Positions 1 through 14,100 of a DNA stretch of 64,000 nucleotides are shown here, piece by piece. How positions within the stretch are numbered: position 1 is the first letter of the stretch; each line of letters opens with the position of its first letter. The stretch comes from Malacoraja senta (taxonomy: Eukaryota), in contig CM075988.1 in the NCBI GenBank assembly GCA_038087875.1, forward strand, positions 24,986,001 to 25,050,000, written 5' to 3'. The notes below the pieces were generated by a model. The model was given only the letters and a program-made list of their open reading frames with translations. It searched no databases and was not told the origin of the DNA. The translations under genes and the position numbers were made by a program.

Positions 1-1026
1 CCACTCTCATATTCACATTACTCTCAAATGCACACTTGATTTTCTGTTCATTTGTGACTCCAACTGCCTAAGTACCAAATTCGGAATCTTCACATCTTTC
101 CATCTCCCTTGATTCTTGGAGAAACTCCTGGAGTCCCCCTCCTTGACCAAGCCCTTGTTCACCTGTTGTAGAACCATGGAAAATCAAAGGATGTTTCAGG
201 AGGGAAGATGAGGTTGGCGGTCATTGTGACTGTGACAGTATTTTGGAAAAGCTTTGCAATGTCCCATAACTCTTAAGATTATTTATTTTCAAATGTATTT
301 CCAATGGAAACTGATCGATATATTGGATTAGACCATTCGCTCAGGTGATGTGTTGCAAAATGGAATCACTCTTTGTACCCTTTGGAGGAAAGAATTTTTC
401 ACTCTGTCAAAAGCAGTCGCAATGTTAAACACATCTGACATGACTGTGTGATGTTTCTTTACACGACTCCTGTGAAGTGCCTTAGGTTGTTATGCTGAGG
501 TAGAGACACAACATAAAAACAGGAGCTTCGAAAATAGATCGTGTCGCTTCCATTTTTTAGGCACTAAATGTGCGAAAATTTAGATTTTACCTGATTGCAC
601 CCAATCTATGTTGAAGTGAAATAATAATGCCAATCTCAAAATTGCATCAAGCTCTTCCGCGAGCCATACGCATTGGCAGGCCGGACCTTATCCTGGCATC
701 AAATGCACACCTAACAATGTCATTGTGTACACAGCACCCATTTCCACCCACACCAACGTAAACTGAAGCTCAAAGGTACAAGCTCTGACCCTGGTGGAGA
801 ACTCAGCTGAAGTAGAAGTGCACCAGGCAACAAACAATCTGCTGTGGAGGAACTCACGAGTCGAGCAGCTGGACTGATGAAGGGCCCCGACCCAAAAGGT
901 CCATTTCCCTCCACAGATGCTGCTTGAACCGTGAGTTCTTTCAGATGATTGTGTGTTACTCTAAATTTGGTGTCTCTAGTTTTATATTCATTTTGCTTTT
1001 TAAAGGGACGCTCTTTTAACAACTGG

Positions 1027-1370
1027 AGGCGGGGCAGTGGTACAGTTGCTGCCTCACACCGCCAGAGACCCGGGTTCGATCCTGACCCCGGGTGCTCTCT
1101 GTATGGAGTTTGCACGTTCTCCCCGTGACCGTGTGGGTTTACTCCGGGTGCTCCGGTATTCCCTCAAACCTTCGCACAATCAGTGCCAAACAAAAATAGA
1201 AGCTACACGATCCATTTTCTCCCAAAGACGTGCAGGTTTTTAGGTTAATTGGGTTCTGTAAATTGTCCCTAGTGTGTAGGATACAACTGGTGTATGGGTG
1301 ATCGCTGGTTGGCGTGGACTCGGCAGGCTGAAGGGCCTGTTTCCACTCTGTATCTCTAAACTAATAACTA
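1027..1370 (+). mobile_element. HE1-type V-SINE (tRNA-derived), with ~55-60 bp internal insertion
   Basis: tRNA-like head with B box GGTTCGATCC, V-domain GAGTTTGCACGTTCTCCCCGTG, and CR1-shared tail GAAGGGCCTGTTTCC..TAAACTAA. Confidence 0.85.
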
Positions 1371-2505
1371 AACCTGTCTGGGCAGACTCAGAAGTGACTG
1401 CAGGCTGCTCAGGTGCTACCATAAATACACAGACTGTGCTTAAAATAACAGGGAGTTTTTTTTATCCTGCATTTATTAGCTGAAGTGCTCATTCCACATG
1501 TGACATGACTGCCAACACTCCATTACTGGAGAGGTTGTTATGGCTAAAGCTGTCCAGTTGGAATGGGTCAGGGGCCTGGGGCAGGAAGCAAAGACATGCC
1601 ATTTAGTGAAGAATCTTCTCTTAAAGAGTCTTCAGAGACACCACATCATCAGTAAACCTCGGACGAACAGTGCATTCGCATGCTCAGGTTCTCCAGAACT
1701 GTAATCACTGAGAAATGTGACATTTTCTGGGCCTTTCTCACATTTATGTACCGTTCTCTCTATGAAGGTTAAAATCACATTGAAGATCAAAAAGCCCCCG
1801 TTCCACAGCAACTTTTCAAATGTCTACAACAGAAATCAGCCATGTCTTGTTCACTGCTGCATGAGAGAAATCGCCTACACATTATATTTCACAAAAAGTA
1901 ATTTCATTTAACTTTAGTGAGGAGCAAATAAGTCCGGGCCAGCATTAGTTGTTTCCCACCAGTGATGGTAACTATTTGATGCACTCGTGGAATAATGGGG
2001 CTTCCATCATGAATCCAGATCTTTACATCAATAAAAAAATCACTTCCTTAATGAGAAGATTGTTTTGGATCGCAAGAAGATTTTTCCAAAGATGCATGAT
2101 TTGTTTCCAAAAGCATGGTTCTTTCATGTTGGGACAGTCGGCATTGAATGTTTTCACCAGCCAGCATTGCGCTTGGGGTCAGTCACCTATTCCTTTTCTC
2201 CAGTGTTGCTGCTGACACGCTGAGTTACTCCAGCATGTTTGTGTCTATCTTCGGTTTAAACCAGCATCTGCACTTCCTTCCGACGCATTTTACCTGCTCC
2301 ACTGTGATATCTCCTCAAGGTATGCCTACTTTGAAGAAGTTCTACCTCCTCTCTCTACGATGAGAGTTCTGCAGCATCCTCTCTCGCTGCTCCCCCACTG
2401 CGATTCTAGATTCATTTGGGTGTCTTGTTGCTCGTTATTGGTATGACTGTATGGCAATCTGAATTTCACTGTGCCTTAATTGGTGCATGTGACAACAAAC
2501 TGACC

Positions 2506-2597
2506 TTGAAGAAGGGTCTCGACCCGAAACGTCACCTATTCCTTTTCTCCAGAGATGCTGTCTGACCCGCTGAGTTACTCCAGCATTTTTGTCTATC
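2506..2597 (+). mobile_element. Penelope-like repeat fragment (core begins TTGAAGA)
   Basis: TTGAAGAAGGGTCTCGACCCGAAACGTCACCTATTCC... Another fragment lies at ~2181-2287. Confidence 0.7.
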
Positions 2598-2840
2598 ATT
2601 GCTCTCGGGGACACAGGGTCACTGATATTTCCCTGGCTGCTCACACTAGTTCACTTTCCAGCACAGCAATTGACCACAAACAACACAAGGGACACACAAG
2701 TTCCGGCAAAGCCGTGGAAAACATGACGGTCTCCTCAAGAAAAACTCAACTGAGAAAGCCGCGTAATGCTGTAACGTAACCATGCAGATGGGGAGGCGCT
2801 GTTTCTTATTGCCGCATGCTCTACAACCTATTAGTCTTCA

Positions 2841-3020
2841 GAAGGTACACAAAAATGCTGGAGAAACTCAGCGGGTGCAGCAGCATCTATGGAGCGAAGG
2901 AAATAGGTAACGTTTCGGGCCGAAACCCTTCTTCAGACTGATAGGGGGTGGGGAGAAGAAAGGAAAAAAGGACAAAGGCGGAGGAGGAGCCCGAGGGCTG
3001 GGGGAGGGGGAGGAGACAAC
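2841..3020 (-). mobile_element. Penelope-like repeat fragment, hammerhead core 2909-2936, with longer 5' extension
   Basis: Same family sequence; the core reverse complement is CTGAAGAAGGGTTTCGGCCCGAAACGTT. Confidence 0.7.
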
Positions 3021-3345
3021 CAGATGGCTTAGCTGGTGTCTGAGACAAAGCAACAAAGAGATCCAGAGCTTTGTGGTGGGGTCCATGTGGTAGACCCAGA
3101 AGAACTATGGGAAGAAGAGGAGCAGGAGGAGGAAGAAGACTACCAGGTCCACGTCATTGCAAAGCATTAACAGCCGCATCTTGCAGCTGAGCAGAAGAAG
3201 AAAGCATTGGTTGTGTGAGCTGTAACAGAATTTCATCAGAAAGAGAGGAATCTACAAAGATGTTACTTCCAAGAAGCCTGCAAAACTAAAATACACTAAA
3301 CTAAAATCAGAATCCCAATGCAGGTCAATTGATATTCTCTGCACC

Positions 3346-3466
3346 GTTTAAGAAAGAGCTGCAGATGCTGGAAAAAATCGAAGGTAGACAAAAATGCTGG
3401 GGAAATGCCTTCGCTCCATAGATGCTGCCTCACCCGCTGAGTTTCTCCAGCATTTTTATCTACCTT
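3346..3466. mobile_element. Penelope-like repeat, fold-back (inverted) copy
   Basis: GAAGGTAGACAAAAATGCTGG ... CCAGCATTTTTATCTACCTTC inverted ends; flanks TTCTCTGCAC/TTCTCTACAC. Confidence 0.7.
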
Positions 3467-5640
3467 CTCTACACTTCAATCATTATCTGCTTCATAATCC
3501 ACCAATAATTAGGCTGGGGCCAAGATGACACATCCGAATCCCTCAGGCCATGCTTTACAGCTTTAATAATTATGAATGAACAAATTCTTGCTCCAATGAC
3601 TTAAAGGCTGTCTACAACATTTCTGCATTTCTCGATGAGCGGCATCTCACTGAAAGAACAAGGACACCCATATGACAACAGTGGTGTACAGATTACCGTG
3701 ACTTATCTCCCACGGAAATAACATCTCTCTTTATGTAGCTCTGCCACGTGGAGATGGTGAAGATTATTGTAGCCGGCGGTCATGGTGAGCTTGGCATGTC
3801 TACTGTCCACTCTGCCAAATCCAGTGTATAAAACATTTCTCTGAGCACATTCCTTAATGACCGAGACTTGCATGTCCCTTTTATTAAATGTGAAACACGC
3901 CCGCTCCCCTGCACCCCTCTCCTCCCCCCATCTTCTCCATGGCAGCCAACATTTGTGGTGTTGCTTTCTGAATATCATAGCACCAAGTGTCAGGAGAAGT
4001 ACAATATTAAGCGAATGAGGTACCTTCAGAAACTGCAGGTCTCGACCTGAAATGTCACCTATTCCTTTTCTTCAGAGGTGCTACCTGATCCGCTGAGTTA
4101 CTCCAGCAGTTCGTGTCTATATGGTCTCATTCCAGTGTTTGCTTCTCGTGTCTTCATATGTCTATTTGACCATTTTTTTCATTTCCGCAGGGGTCCCAAT
4201 TTGACATTATTACTAATGATTTTGCGTCTTAAAAAAACACGGAAAATCAAATTTTTGGTAAAGTTGATGTTGAGAGATGAGCAGAACATCATTTATTTGG
4301 GAGTCATCGTGGTTGTCATTCGCGACAGTCCCTGTAGGGGGTGCAACCTCTGTGATGAACAAAAGGTTCTCCACTTGAACCTCTGTGCCTTCACCTGAAC
4401 TCCCACCCGCACAGCCTCAAGGCCTGTCCGGCCAGCTCACTGGAATATCAGGTCTCCACGATTGAATCAAACACGCTGACCTGTCCTATTTCTTTAATTA
4501 GAGGAATAGTTCATCCTTGAAGGGTGGTTGGATTCCTAACAAAATTCCAGTGCTTCCATCCCACCCTGCTGAGTCTCCCTGTGGCTAAGACTTGTGTTTT
4601 CACTTTGTGAGCCTCGTGCATAATACATCAGACTGTTCCATCTGTGTGCAATTATCCCAGTAAACACGAGAGAAATGGGCCAGAAAAATAAAGCTCCTCC
4701 AGGTCATGAATAGCTCAATGCTCCTCAACACTGATGCCTAGAAAAGATGATTTGATTAAATCGAGAATAGTTATGAACTGCATTTGTTTGAAATTATATC
4801 CAGCGACTTTAAGGTTATTGGGAGAAAAAAAAGATAGGAGGGCAGATGAGGAGAATTCTTCTGTGCAAGTTGTTATGAAATAGAATATATCCTAAAGGGC
4901 GGTGAAAGCAAATTCAATAGTAACTTTTAAAAGCAAAGTGGAAAGTATCGACCAATTTGCAGAGGGCCAGAGCAAAGATGGCCTCTTTCAGTGGTGTTTC
5001 ATTTATTAATAAAGCGTTGAATATGCTGTTATCCTAAGGATGAACTTCTTTTGATACCAATGATGAAAATGCTTTCAATTTTATAACGATCTTTGTGCCT
5101 GTGGTATGTTCCAATGTACTTGACAGCCAATGAAGTATTTTCTGAAAAGTGGTCAGTGTTGTAATGTTAGAATTCAAGGTGACCACATTGTGCTCAGCAA
5201 GCTCTCACAATGTGACAGATCTCAAGTAAACTGTTGCAATGCTGTTGGTTGTAGGATAATTAGTTACGCAGGGTTCCTTGGCAAACTAACTCATTGCATT
5301 CCTGCAATTATCTCCATAACAATGAACCAACATTTAACACACCTGTAATCAAAGTTGAGATTCTCAAGGCAGGACTCACCTGGTAAATTGACCTGTCAAG
5401 GTATGGAAGGGGGGGGGGGGGGTGGAGGGCGGGCTGGTTAATAGTTACTTCTCTTAATTGTACATGAACTAAATTCCATGCAGGGATTGAGTCTCGCATT
5501 ACTATGAGTTAGCATGGCACAGCTATGACAGATTTAGCTCCCAAGTTCCGTTTTTTTAATCCTTTCGTCATATTTTCTGTTTTTTTCTCTTTCCAAGATG
5601 TTCATTGTATTCCGATCCAAAGGAACATCTCGCACTCACC

Positions 5641-5910
5641 TTAGTTTAGTTTAGAGATACAGTGTGGAAATAGGTCCTTCAGCCCATCATGTCCAAGCTG
5701 ACCATAGATCATCCATACACTAGTTCTATGCTAACCCATCCTACACACTAGGGGCAATTTACAGAAGCCCATCAACCTACAAACCTGCACTTCTTTGGAG
5801 TGTGGAAGGAAACCGGAGCACCCGGAGAAAACCCACGCGGTCGTGGAGAGAACATACAAACACAGACAGCATCTGTGGCAGCAACTCTACCGCTAAGCCA
5901 CTATGCCACC
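5641..5910 (-). mobile_element. HE1-type V-SINE
   Basis: Reverse complement of the 1027-1370 family; (TTTAG)n tail. Confidence 0.82.
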
Positions 5911-6493
5911 TCTTGCACAAGCTCGCACATTCCACTGGGATAGACATCAGGTACTGAAATCCTGACTGACTTTTATTTCCCTCCTCCCTGGTGCAAAGAT
6001 GTTGAATGCTTAGCAGTTGAACCCAACTGAAATACACAGCTAATTCAACATAGGCTGAGTATCAGTCAATGGATATTCCTAAACCAGGCAGCTTGGTTAC
6101 TTTTCTTTAGCGTCCCGGGTAACCACAGCTCTACAGAATCATAGAGTAATACGGTGCAAGGAGCCATTTGGCCCACAATGTTTCTCTGGATATCCTATCA
6201 TACATTCCCTTGAAAGGCCTACTGAATCTACTGTAACCTTGTGGGTGGTGTATTCTAGATCAAAGCATCTCTCTACTTTAAAAAAAATCCTTCCTACTTC
6301 TTCACTTGATTCTTTGGCAACATGTATGAAGGTGAAGTACACAAGCTAACTCAATTAGGCCTGTTCACCTCAACTTATCACAGAGTGAAGAAAACCCTTC
6401 AGATGTGTTCAATGGATTTCACATTAAGAAATTGTCATTTGATCGGATGTGGGACATAGTCTGGTCCATCATCAACAAAAAAGTTTAAGAGAG

Positions 6494-6624
6494 NNNNNNN
6501 NNNNNNNNNNNNNNNNNNNNNNNNNNNNNNNNNNNNNNNNNNNNNNNNNNNNNNNNNNNNNNNNNNNNNNNNNNNNNNNNNNNNNNNNNNNNNNNNNNNN
6601 NNNNNNNNNNNNNNNNNNNNNNNN
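6494..6624. other. Assembly gap (others at 10237-10436, 31567-31784, 56528-56706, 60066-60421)
   Basis: N runs. Confidence 1.
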
Positions 6625-6797
6625 ATTACAGAAAAGACATGCAAGAGTGAGGGGAATTCTGAAGGACGTTTGTGGGTCCAACAAGCCACTTTTCAAACCA
6701 CCACAATCCTTCATTTCTGAGAAAGGTGTCTGAAACATCCTAGTCACTCCTCAAATACATAAATAAAGACCTGCAAACCAATTCTGTGAAAATATAC

Positions 6798-6886
6798 GGT
6801 AGACAAAAATGCTGGAGAAACTCAGCGGGTGAGGCAGCATCTATGGAGCGAAGGAAATAGGCAACATTTCAGGCCGAAACGCTTCT
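6798..6886 (-). mobile_element. Penelope-like repeat fragment
   Basis: 16-bp TSD TTCTGTGAAAATATAC at 6782-6797 and 6887-6902. Confidence 0.75.
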
Positions 6887-9064
6887 TTCTGTGAAAATAT
6901 ACTGTGGTCGAATAACTGGGGAGAGTTTGATATTTCTGTATTCCTACAGAAATTGAAAGCAAGTTATTATACATCTGTATATATTTTACTAAATGGTGGA
7001 ACATTGGCATTTAGCAAGAGGAAACACTTAAATATATGTTGGCCATTGAGAGAATTTTGATATCCTGGAGGGATTCCTGTGATGTTGACAGCGGGTAATA
7101 CACTCTTCAACTCGCACCGCAAGCCCTCGATTCAATTCCAAAAAAACTTGGTTTTAGTCAGCAAGAAGCAAATGCCCAAAGTTCCCAAAAAAACACCTGA
7201 TCTTTGGCTGTGTGGTTGGAGGCTTGCTGAATGAAAGGTTGCTGAGGTAACTGGGTTTGTGTATCATTTCCGAAGGAATATTATTTTTAAATATGGTTGA
7301 GATCTCTTAGCCAAGAAAATATGAATAATTGACTATTTCCCAGTGCAAAGGGAGGTTTATGTATATACAAGAAAAGCAATGAAACAAGTTCTTGCTGTGC
7401 AGCATGCTGAGGGCTCTGTGACATTTCTATGATCTGCTCTCTGTATAAACTCCATATCAAACATCACTTGATATACCTAGTCTTTAGTTGTTCTAATCAT
7501 CAGAGCACATACCAAACCTCTATAATGTCTGGGTGTCCCGGAATAAATTTTTGGACTGTTTTCATGACTGTATTGGAGAAGGGGAATGGACCAGAGCTGT
7601 CTCACTAACTGTCCAGGTTTTATTTTCCTGAATTGGTTACAGTCAGCTTCTAATAGCTGTGGGAAAAAATATTCCTGCAGGTGGGAGTGAAGGGATAGCA
7701 AGATAAGAAGTCAGACGATAAGGTCTGTAGGATTACAGCACCGCAGCATAGTCAATGTTGTATTTGATTCAGCTGGTGTTCCCATACACTCACATGACTC
7801 AGGCACCAACTGTATAACTTGACCAAAGTAGGATGAATCCAGGATTAATTCCAGAGTTTGTTGACCACACCTGAAGTGATGGTGATGGTCATTATTGGTC
7901 TCTTTGGTCCAAGGGCCAGTTAGCACACCTCTCAGCCAGCTTGCTGGTTCCGTCAGAAGTTTCATTGCTCTAGTGATCCACTGAGAATAAAATCAAGCAC
8001 TGAAACTGGGTCAGGAATGTCAATAAAGTCTGATCTGGGCATGGTAGAGACCATACTGGAGTTACTAATTCGGCACGATATCCAGTTTCAAAAGCACCAC
8101 TTGTTATTTCCAAAATGCTATGAAGAATTTTTTTTGACTGCCAATTCTCTGAGATTGTCCTGGAATCTCCACAAGTTAAAGACTAATCTCTACTCTTGTG
8201 CCTGGGGGCCACCCTGGAGTAAAATTACTTGAGTATTAAATAATATTATAGTTTCCAAAGGCAGTTTCACTGACAGTCACGTATCATCCAGTTGTGACAA
8301 TGGATGAGTTGACCATCCAGTGGTTGGAGTGGACGGGTGGGGTGGCTTGGAGGCAGAAGGTGACTGAAACACTCGGAATACCCCATCCAAATATGTCAGC
8401 CCTGAGTTACACACACCACTCCGTTGGTAGACCTAGCGTTTGGAATGCGTTCTTGTTAGCTAAAACTCACTGATGTCAATGCCTTGATTATTTTTCTTTT
8501 CTTGTTAGAATGCACAACGAAATGGAGTTTTCTCAGAAAATCCAGATGAAAATCAAAATCCGCTGAGAATACAGAAGATCATTGATGACAGAAGAATCTT
8601 CTGCGGCAGGATGATTGGCATTGTGAGTCAACTGTTTTCTTATTATTAATTGGTGATTTTGCTCCCCCTGAGCAGTGATATCGATGTGCGATTCTCATTC
8701 TTTAGGCTTTGGGTTAAAAAAGAGAGAAGTGTTGTGATATGCAGCTTTCTGCCTAAAACAGAGGTGGAAGCAGATTCAGGAGCAACTTCAAAGAGGATTT
8801 GCATACAAACTTGAAAAGGAGAAATGTTGAGAGCTATGGAAACAAGCAAAGAAGAGTGCCTATTTGAAGCACACTTTGAAATGACTAGCAGAGGCACTCT
8901 CAGTCCCCCTCAGCATGGCAAGGTCTTCTGCTTCAATGAAGACTATGCCAAACTTGATAGAAATAAACTGATGACATTTTCCAGAATGCAAATTAAGCAT
9001 CTTATTGCTTTGTGGAGCATGTATGTTATAAACATATCCTTTAATAAACAAATGCTTGCATTTA

Positions 9065-9237
9065 CATAGATACATAGAAAATAGGTGCAGGAGTAGGCCA
9101 TTCGGCCCTTCGAGCCTGCACCGCCATTCGATATGATCATGGCTGATAATCCAACTCAGTATCCCGTACCTACCTTCTCTCCATACCCCCTGATCCATTT
9201 AGCCACAAGGGCCACATCTAACCCTCTTAAATATAGC
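9065..9237 (-). mobile_element. CR1 LINE 3' end
   Basis: Reverse complement of GAATGGCGGTGCAGGCTCGAAGGGCCGAATGGCCTACTCCTGCACC with (TTCTATGT)n tail. Confidence 0.85.
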
Positions 9238-9574
9238 ATTTATATAGCCTCCACAGGATGCCCAAAAGTGCTGTACTGTAAAAACAATTCTTCTTGAAAT
9301 GTTGATATTGCTCCAATAATGGAAGACCAAGAGCTCATTTTGCACAAAACAGGCCTTCAAAACCGCAGTCCCTTTGAGTGATTGTGGGTGAAATATGAAC
9401 ACCCAAGGGACCACACCATTGCTTCGCTATACCAGAGGTACTGGGGATCTTTTATATCTGTCTGACAGTTTAATGTGTCATCTAAAAGATGACATCTCCA
9501 ACAAAGGAGCATTCTCAGCTTTGCTTTTAGAGCACCGACCAGAATTCGGGTCGAGACCCTTCTTCAGACTTGCC

Positions 9575-9910
9575 CCTCAGGACTCTTTTAAACCTCATAT
9601 CTTAAAACTATGCCCACTAGTATTATACTGCCTTAAGGTGAAAAAAAGGCTGTGACCTTTTCTACATGCCTGTCCTGATTTTATATACCTCTATAAAGTG
9701 AACCCCTCTCTCTGCCTGCTTTGTTCCAGGGAAAAAAGATCTAGCCTATCCAGCCTAAGTCAAAGCCTCCTTGTGAAAGTTTTCTGCCCTCTTTCGATCT
9801 TAATGACATCCTTCCTATGCTGGTAGCCAGCACTGCACAGAAGGCTCCAGTCTGGTCTCACCAGTGAATTGTACAGTTGTAACATGATGTCCCAACCTCT
9901 GTACTCAATG
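9575..9910 (-). mobile_element. CR1 LINE ORF2 remnant
   Basis: ORF 9760-9948 contains IEYRGWDIMLQLYNSLVRP..KDVIKIERGQKTFTR, typical of CR1 ORF2. Confidence 0.75.
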
Positions 9911-9914
9911 GGAA

Positions 9915-10076
9915 CATAAGGAACTGCAGATGCTGAATACTTGAGCAAAGCATAAAGTGCTGGAGGAACTCAGGTAGTCAGGCAGCATCTGTGGAGGGAA
10001 TGGGCAGGAGATGTTTTGGGTCGGAACTCTTCTTCAGCCTGGTCTAATGATGAATCCCGACCCTAAACGTCACCTG
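9915..10076. mobile_element. Older Penelope-like repeat, inverted pair
   Basis: Diverged family sequence on the - strand followed by a + strand degenerate core. Confidence 0.55.
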
Positions 10077-10727
10077 AAATGATGATGACACTTTATCACA
10101 TGTACCTGGGTACAATGAAATTCTTTGTTTTTGCATACAAAGTACACAAAAGAGTTGTAACAAAGGTGCCGATAAAATTACATAAAGTACTCAACTCTGT
10201 AGGGTTTTCTTCTGAGAAGTTAATAAGGTAGAGAATNNNNNNNNNNNNNNNNNNNNNNNNNNNNNNNNNNNNNNNNNNNNNNNNNNNNNNNNNNNNNNNN
10301 NNNNNNNNNNNNNNNNNNNNNNNNNNNNNNNNNNNNNNNNNNNNNNNNNNNNNNNNNNNNNNNNNNNNNNNNNNNNNNNNNNNNNNNNNNNNNNNNNNNN
10401 NNNNNNNNNNNNNNNNNNNNNNNNNNNNNNNNNNNNTCCGTCTCGACCCAAAACGTCACCCATTCCTTCTCGCCAGAGATGCTGCCTGTCCCGCTGAGTT
10501 ACTCCAGCATTTTGTGTCTATCTTGCTGCGAAGTAATTTGGAAATAGAATATTTGTCTCCGTTTCCTGCCGGCGTCCAGACTCACTCCGGGAATGTGGCA
10601 CCAAGTGGAGGGGATAGGACAGCACCTTGACGTAAAGAACGGCCTCACTTGTAATGGTAGACACTGAGACTTCACCCTCTTCTCATCCAGTGTCACACAT
10701 GTGCCCCCAGCAGGATTGACTGGAGAG

Positions 10728-10864
10728 TGTAGGAAGGAACTGCAGGTGCTGGTTTATACCGAAGATACACACAAAATGCTGGAGTAACTCAGCGGGACGT
10801 CACCCATTCCTTCTCTCCAGAGATGCTGCCTGTCCCATTGAGTTACTGCAGCATTTTGAGTATC
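10728..10864. mobile_element. Penelope-like repeat, fold-back copy
   Basis: A - strand segment then a + strand segment. TSD TTGACTG(G/A)AGAGTGT at 10716-10730 and 10865-10879. Another fragment lies at 10441-10523. Confidence 0.7.
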
Positions 10865-11524
10865 TTGACTGAAGAGTGTGTAGGTTTCTTTGGTGTTGCT
10901 GGCAAGCACTATGTTAGACTAAACCTAGCTGTTATTCTTCAACTAAACAGCAGTGCCTGATATGGCAGTGCTTCAAGGTCATAGCACATAGTACTCTAAC
11001 TCTAATAAGCACATTTGTACTTAGTGGACTGTATTTGAAAAGTGATAACCATATACTATTCATCCACTATCTGCAATCTGCAAAATATACCATCAGATCA
11101 CTATTTACTAATATTAAATGATACAATAATTAATTGTCTACAAAGAAAAATATATAATAACCTAATACTAATTTACTCAGCCTGTTGGTCTTCTCACCTT
11201 AACCACAAGCAGTACTTAACATTTCTGTGGTTGGTGCCATTACAAATTTACTTCCATGCCTTTGAGCCACTAAACTGTGTGCCGTACACAATCTAAATAA
11301 ACATCAATCTGATAACTCTCATCAATAATTACAACAAATACATATTATTGATTCAGGAATCTAATGATGATGTCCCCCCTATATTTTAAAAAAAAATGTT
11401 TTTTTTTTTGTTGCTTCCATGCTGTCTTCCTATAATTTGCTTATTTTCTTTCAATGCCCATATTATGTTTCTAACTTTTTCTTCTTTCATTTAATATTTC
11501 TAATTGTTTCTTTCATATGTTTCG

Positions 11525-11810
11525 AGTTTAGTTTAGCGTTTAGAGATACAGTATTGAACCAGGCCCTTTGGCCCACCCAGTCCATGCTGACCATCGATCA
11601 CCTGTACACTGGTTCTATCCTACACACAAGGGGCAATTTACCAAAGCCAATTAACCCACAAATCTGAACCTTTTTGGAATGTGGGAGGAAATCGGAGCAC
11701 CCGGAGAAAACCCATGCCGTTACGGGGAGAACGTACAAACTCCATACAGACAGCACCCGTAGTCAGATCTAACCTGGGTCCCTGGTGCTGTGAGGCAGCA
11801 ACTCTACCAC
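11525..11810 (-). mobile_element. HE1-type V-SINE
   Basis: Same family, near full length. Confidence 0.85.
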
Positions 11811-13824
11811 AGAGCTATCACTGTCTTTCTCTTCATTATTAGTCTAGATGTTCACCTCAACAAATAGTTCTACACATTCCACAGATAGGCTGAAGTGACT
11901 GATAGTCACATTTCCCACCATTCTGACAATGCCTGTTCTTACATAGAGAACCCAGTCTTCTACATTCACACCTTGGATATCCATCTCCTATCATTCTCAC
12001 AAGCAACATCATCCCACATTTCTAATCAATGTTTCATCCATGGCTCAAGTCCCCAGACGAGAGGAATTAACAGCAGAGTCTTGAAGGACACAAAGTGCAA
12101 GAGTAACTCAGCAGGTCAGGCGGCATCGCTGGAGAAGATGGGTAGGTGATGTTTTGGGTCGAGTCCCCTCTTCAGACCCTTTAATGAAGGCAGCCATTCT
12201 TAAACTAAATAGTAGTCTGGTTCAGCATGCCAGCTTATACCATCCGGTGTATTCAGTTCTTGAAGGTCTTCTCATGCTCACAATGTTCTTAAATAAGGAC
12301 TTGTATTTCTGTATTGGCTTTCTAACCTTGACATTACAAAAAAAAACTTACATCCAAACAGTTCCATCCAACCACTGTTCTGATATAATAACTCTGTTAA
12401 CCAGTTTGTACACACCAGGTTCCCTCACACAGTACTGAGATGGATAACCAAACAATCTGTGTCCAATATTAATGCTGGAGAGAAGCACAATGACCAGGAG
12501 GTGTGAAGTATCTTTACCAACCACCTGAGGGCAGATGGAAGTCTTGGTTTAGGTTTCATCTGTAAGATCGCAGCTGTGACATTGCAGCACTGAGTGTGTG
12601 GTGAGTGTATCACCCATGATTCTGTACTCACACTAGGAAAGGATAAGAGCAGGGGAAAGGCTCTTATCCTTCAGACCCGCCCCGCTGTTTCATATGATCA
12701 TGGCTGATCTATGCTGGCCTCAACTTTCTCCATACTCATGTTTCCCACCATCTATTAAATACTTATCGACCTCCACTTTAAATACTTTGTTAAAGTATTA
12801 GGGTTCCAGCTTCCACCACCCACCATGGCAGAGAATCCCAGAGATTCACCACCCTCCGCTGAGGTTTCTACTCTAGTCCGAGGTGTAGGATTGAAGAGGT
12901 AAAACGCTGGCCGATGTTTTTTTTGGTGCCAATAACCCAGTAGTCCTGCTGGGTTCGGAATTGTCAGATATCTTAACTCCAATTCCTCAGGCCTCAGCTG
13001 TACATTGAAAATCAGGGAAAAAGACCCCAGATGTTGGAAATTTAAATAAAAGCAGAAAATGCTGAAAAATGCCCTGCTGCTTTCTAACCATGTGTGGTTT
13101 TACCCACAATTTCTGTTGCCATCTTAGCTGTTTATTGTTTTATTCTATCTGAGCGAATCTGCTGTCAACTTTGAGATATTTCAATATTATAAGCTTGCAG
13201 TGATTGACGAAGGGAGAAGTCACACATACCACAACATCACCACAGGAGAAGGAATGTATTTAGAACGTAGCAAGCCTTCCCGGCACAGGCTACATTTTGG
13301 CCAAATTTATCCTGAAATGATGGCAATGGCCCTTTAATATACATCCCTTACTCAAGCAAGACAGGAAGTGATTCAGTGCCCAGAAATGATTGAATTCTCC
13401 TTAAAGAGGAAAAGGAAGAGGAAGCTGGTGTTAGCAGAACAACTATTTTATAAAAGAAATGTGTTTGTGTAGAAGTGACTCAGACTGGAGTTAATGTCAG
13501 CCTCCTACACAGCCATGGGTCATTGCAGCACCTTGCAATTTTTCCTAGATTTGTGTGGTTTTCAAATTTAAGATATGTTTGTTTTCTTTCCAAATATTCC
13601 ACACCCCCCCCTAAGGCTTTGTGCCTCAAGGGGGTTCTGTTTCTGGAGGCATAGATTGGCAGGACACAGTTACTTATATCACAGATCGTTAGTAGGGCAC
13701 AGTTCCTCATTACATACACAACTGGACTCGAGTTTCTGAAGCTAGTGTGTGCTGAGTTATAACTCATGATTGCACAGGGTATTAGAGTACAGTACCTAAA
13801 GGTACAGTGTGCTGCATTACAGCA

Positions 13825-14100
13825 ATAATAATATTAAACTTTATTTCGGACTCAAGGTCCAGACAAGGGACAACATTACATAAAAATACATTGCATATAA
13901 AAACACCATAAAATACATATAAAATATTAGTATATCACTTATAAAAGCATCGTAAAATATATATATATATATATATATATTTAAAAAAAACATTACATGA
14001 ATTAAAATCCAGAATAAAAAAGAATGATCAATGCCCTACAACGAGACAACGATACCAGTGTCTCCACAACTGGGATTCGTAGCTAAACTTTCAGTACCGT
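13825..14100 (-). mobile_element. Non-LTR retrotransposon 3' end (clade uncertain, possibly RTE-X-like)
   Basis: The - strand reads YESQLWRHWYRCLVVGH*, then an AT-rich 3' UTR, AATAAA and a (TAT)n tail. Confidence 0.45.

Noticed and set aside
1027-1095. tRNA-like sequence (also 52469-52545)
   Set aside because: It is the head of an HE1 SINE, continuing into the V-domain and LINE tail.
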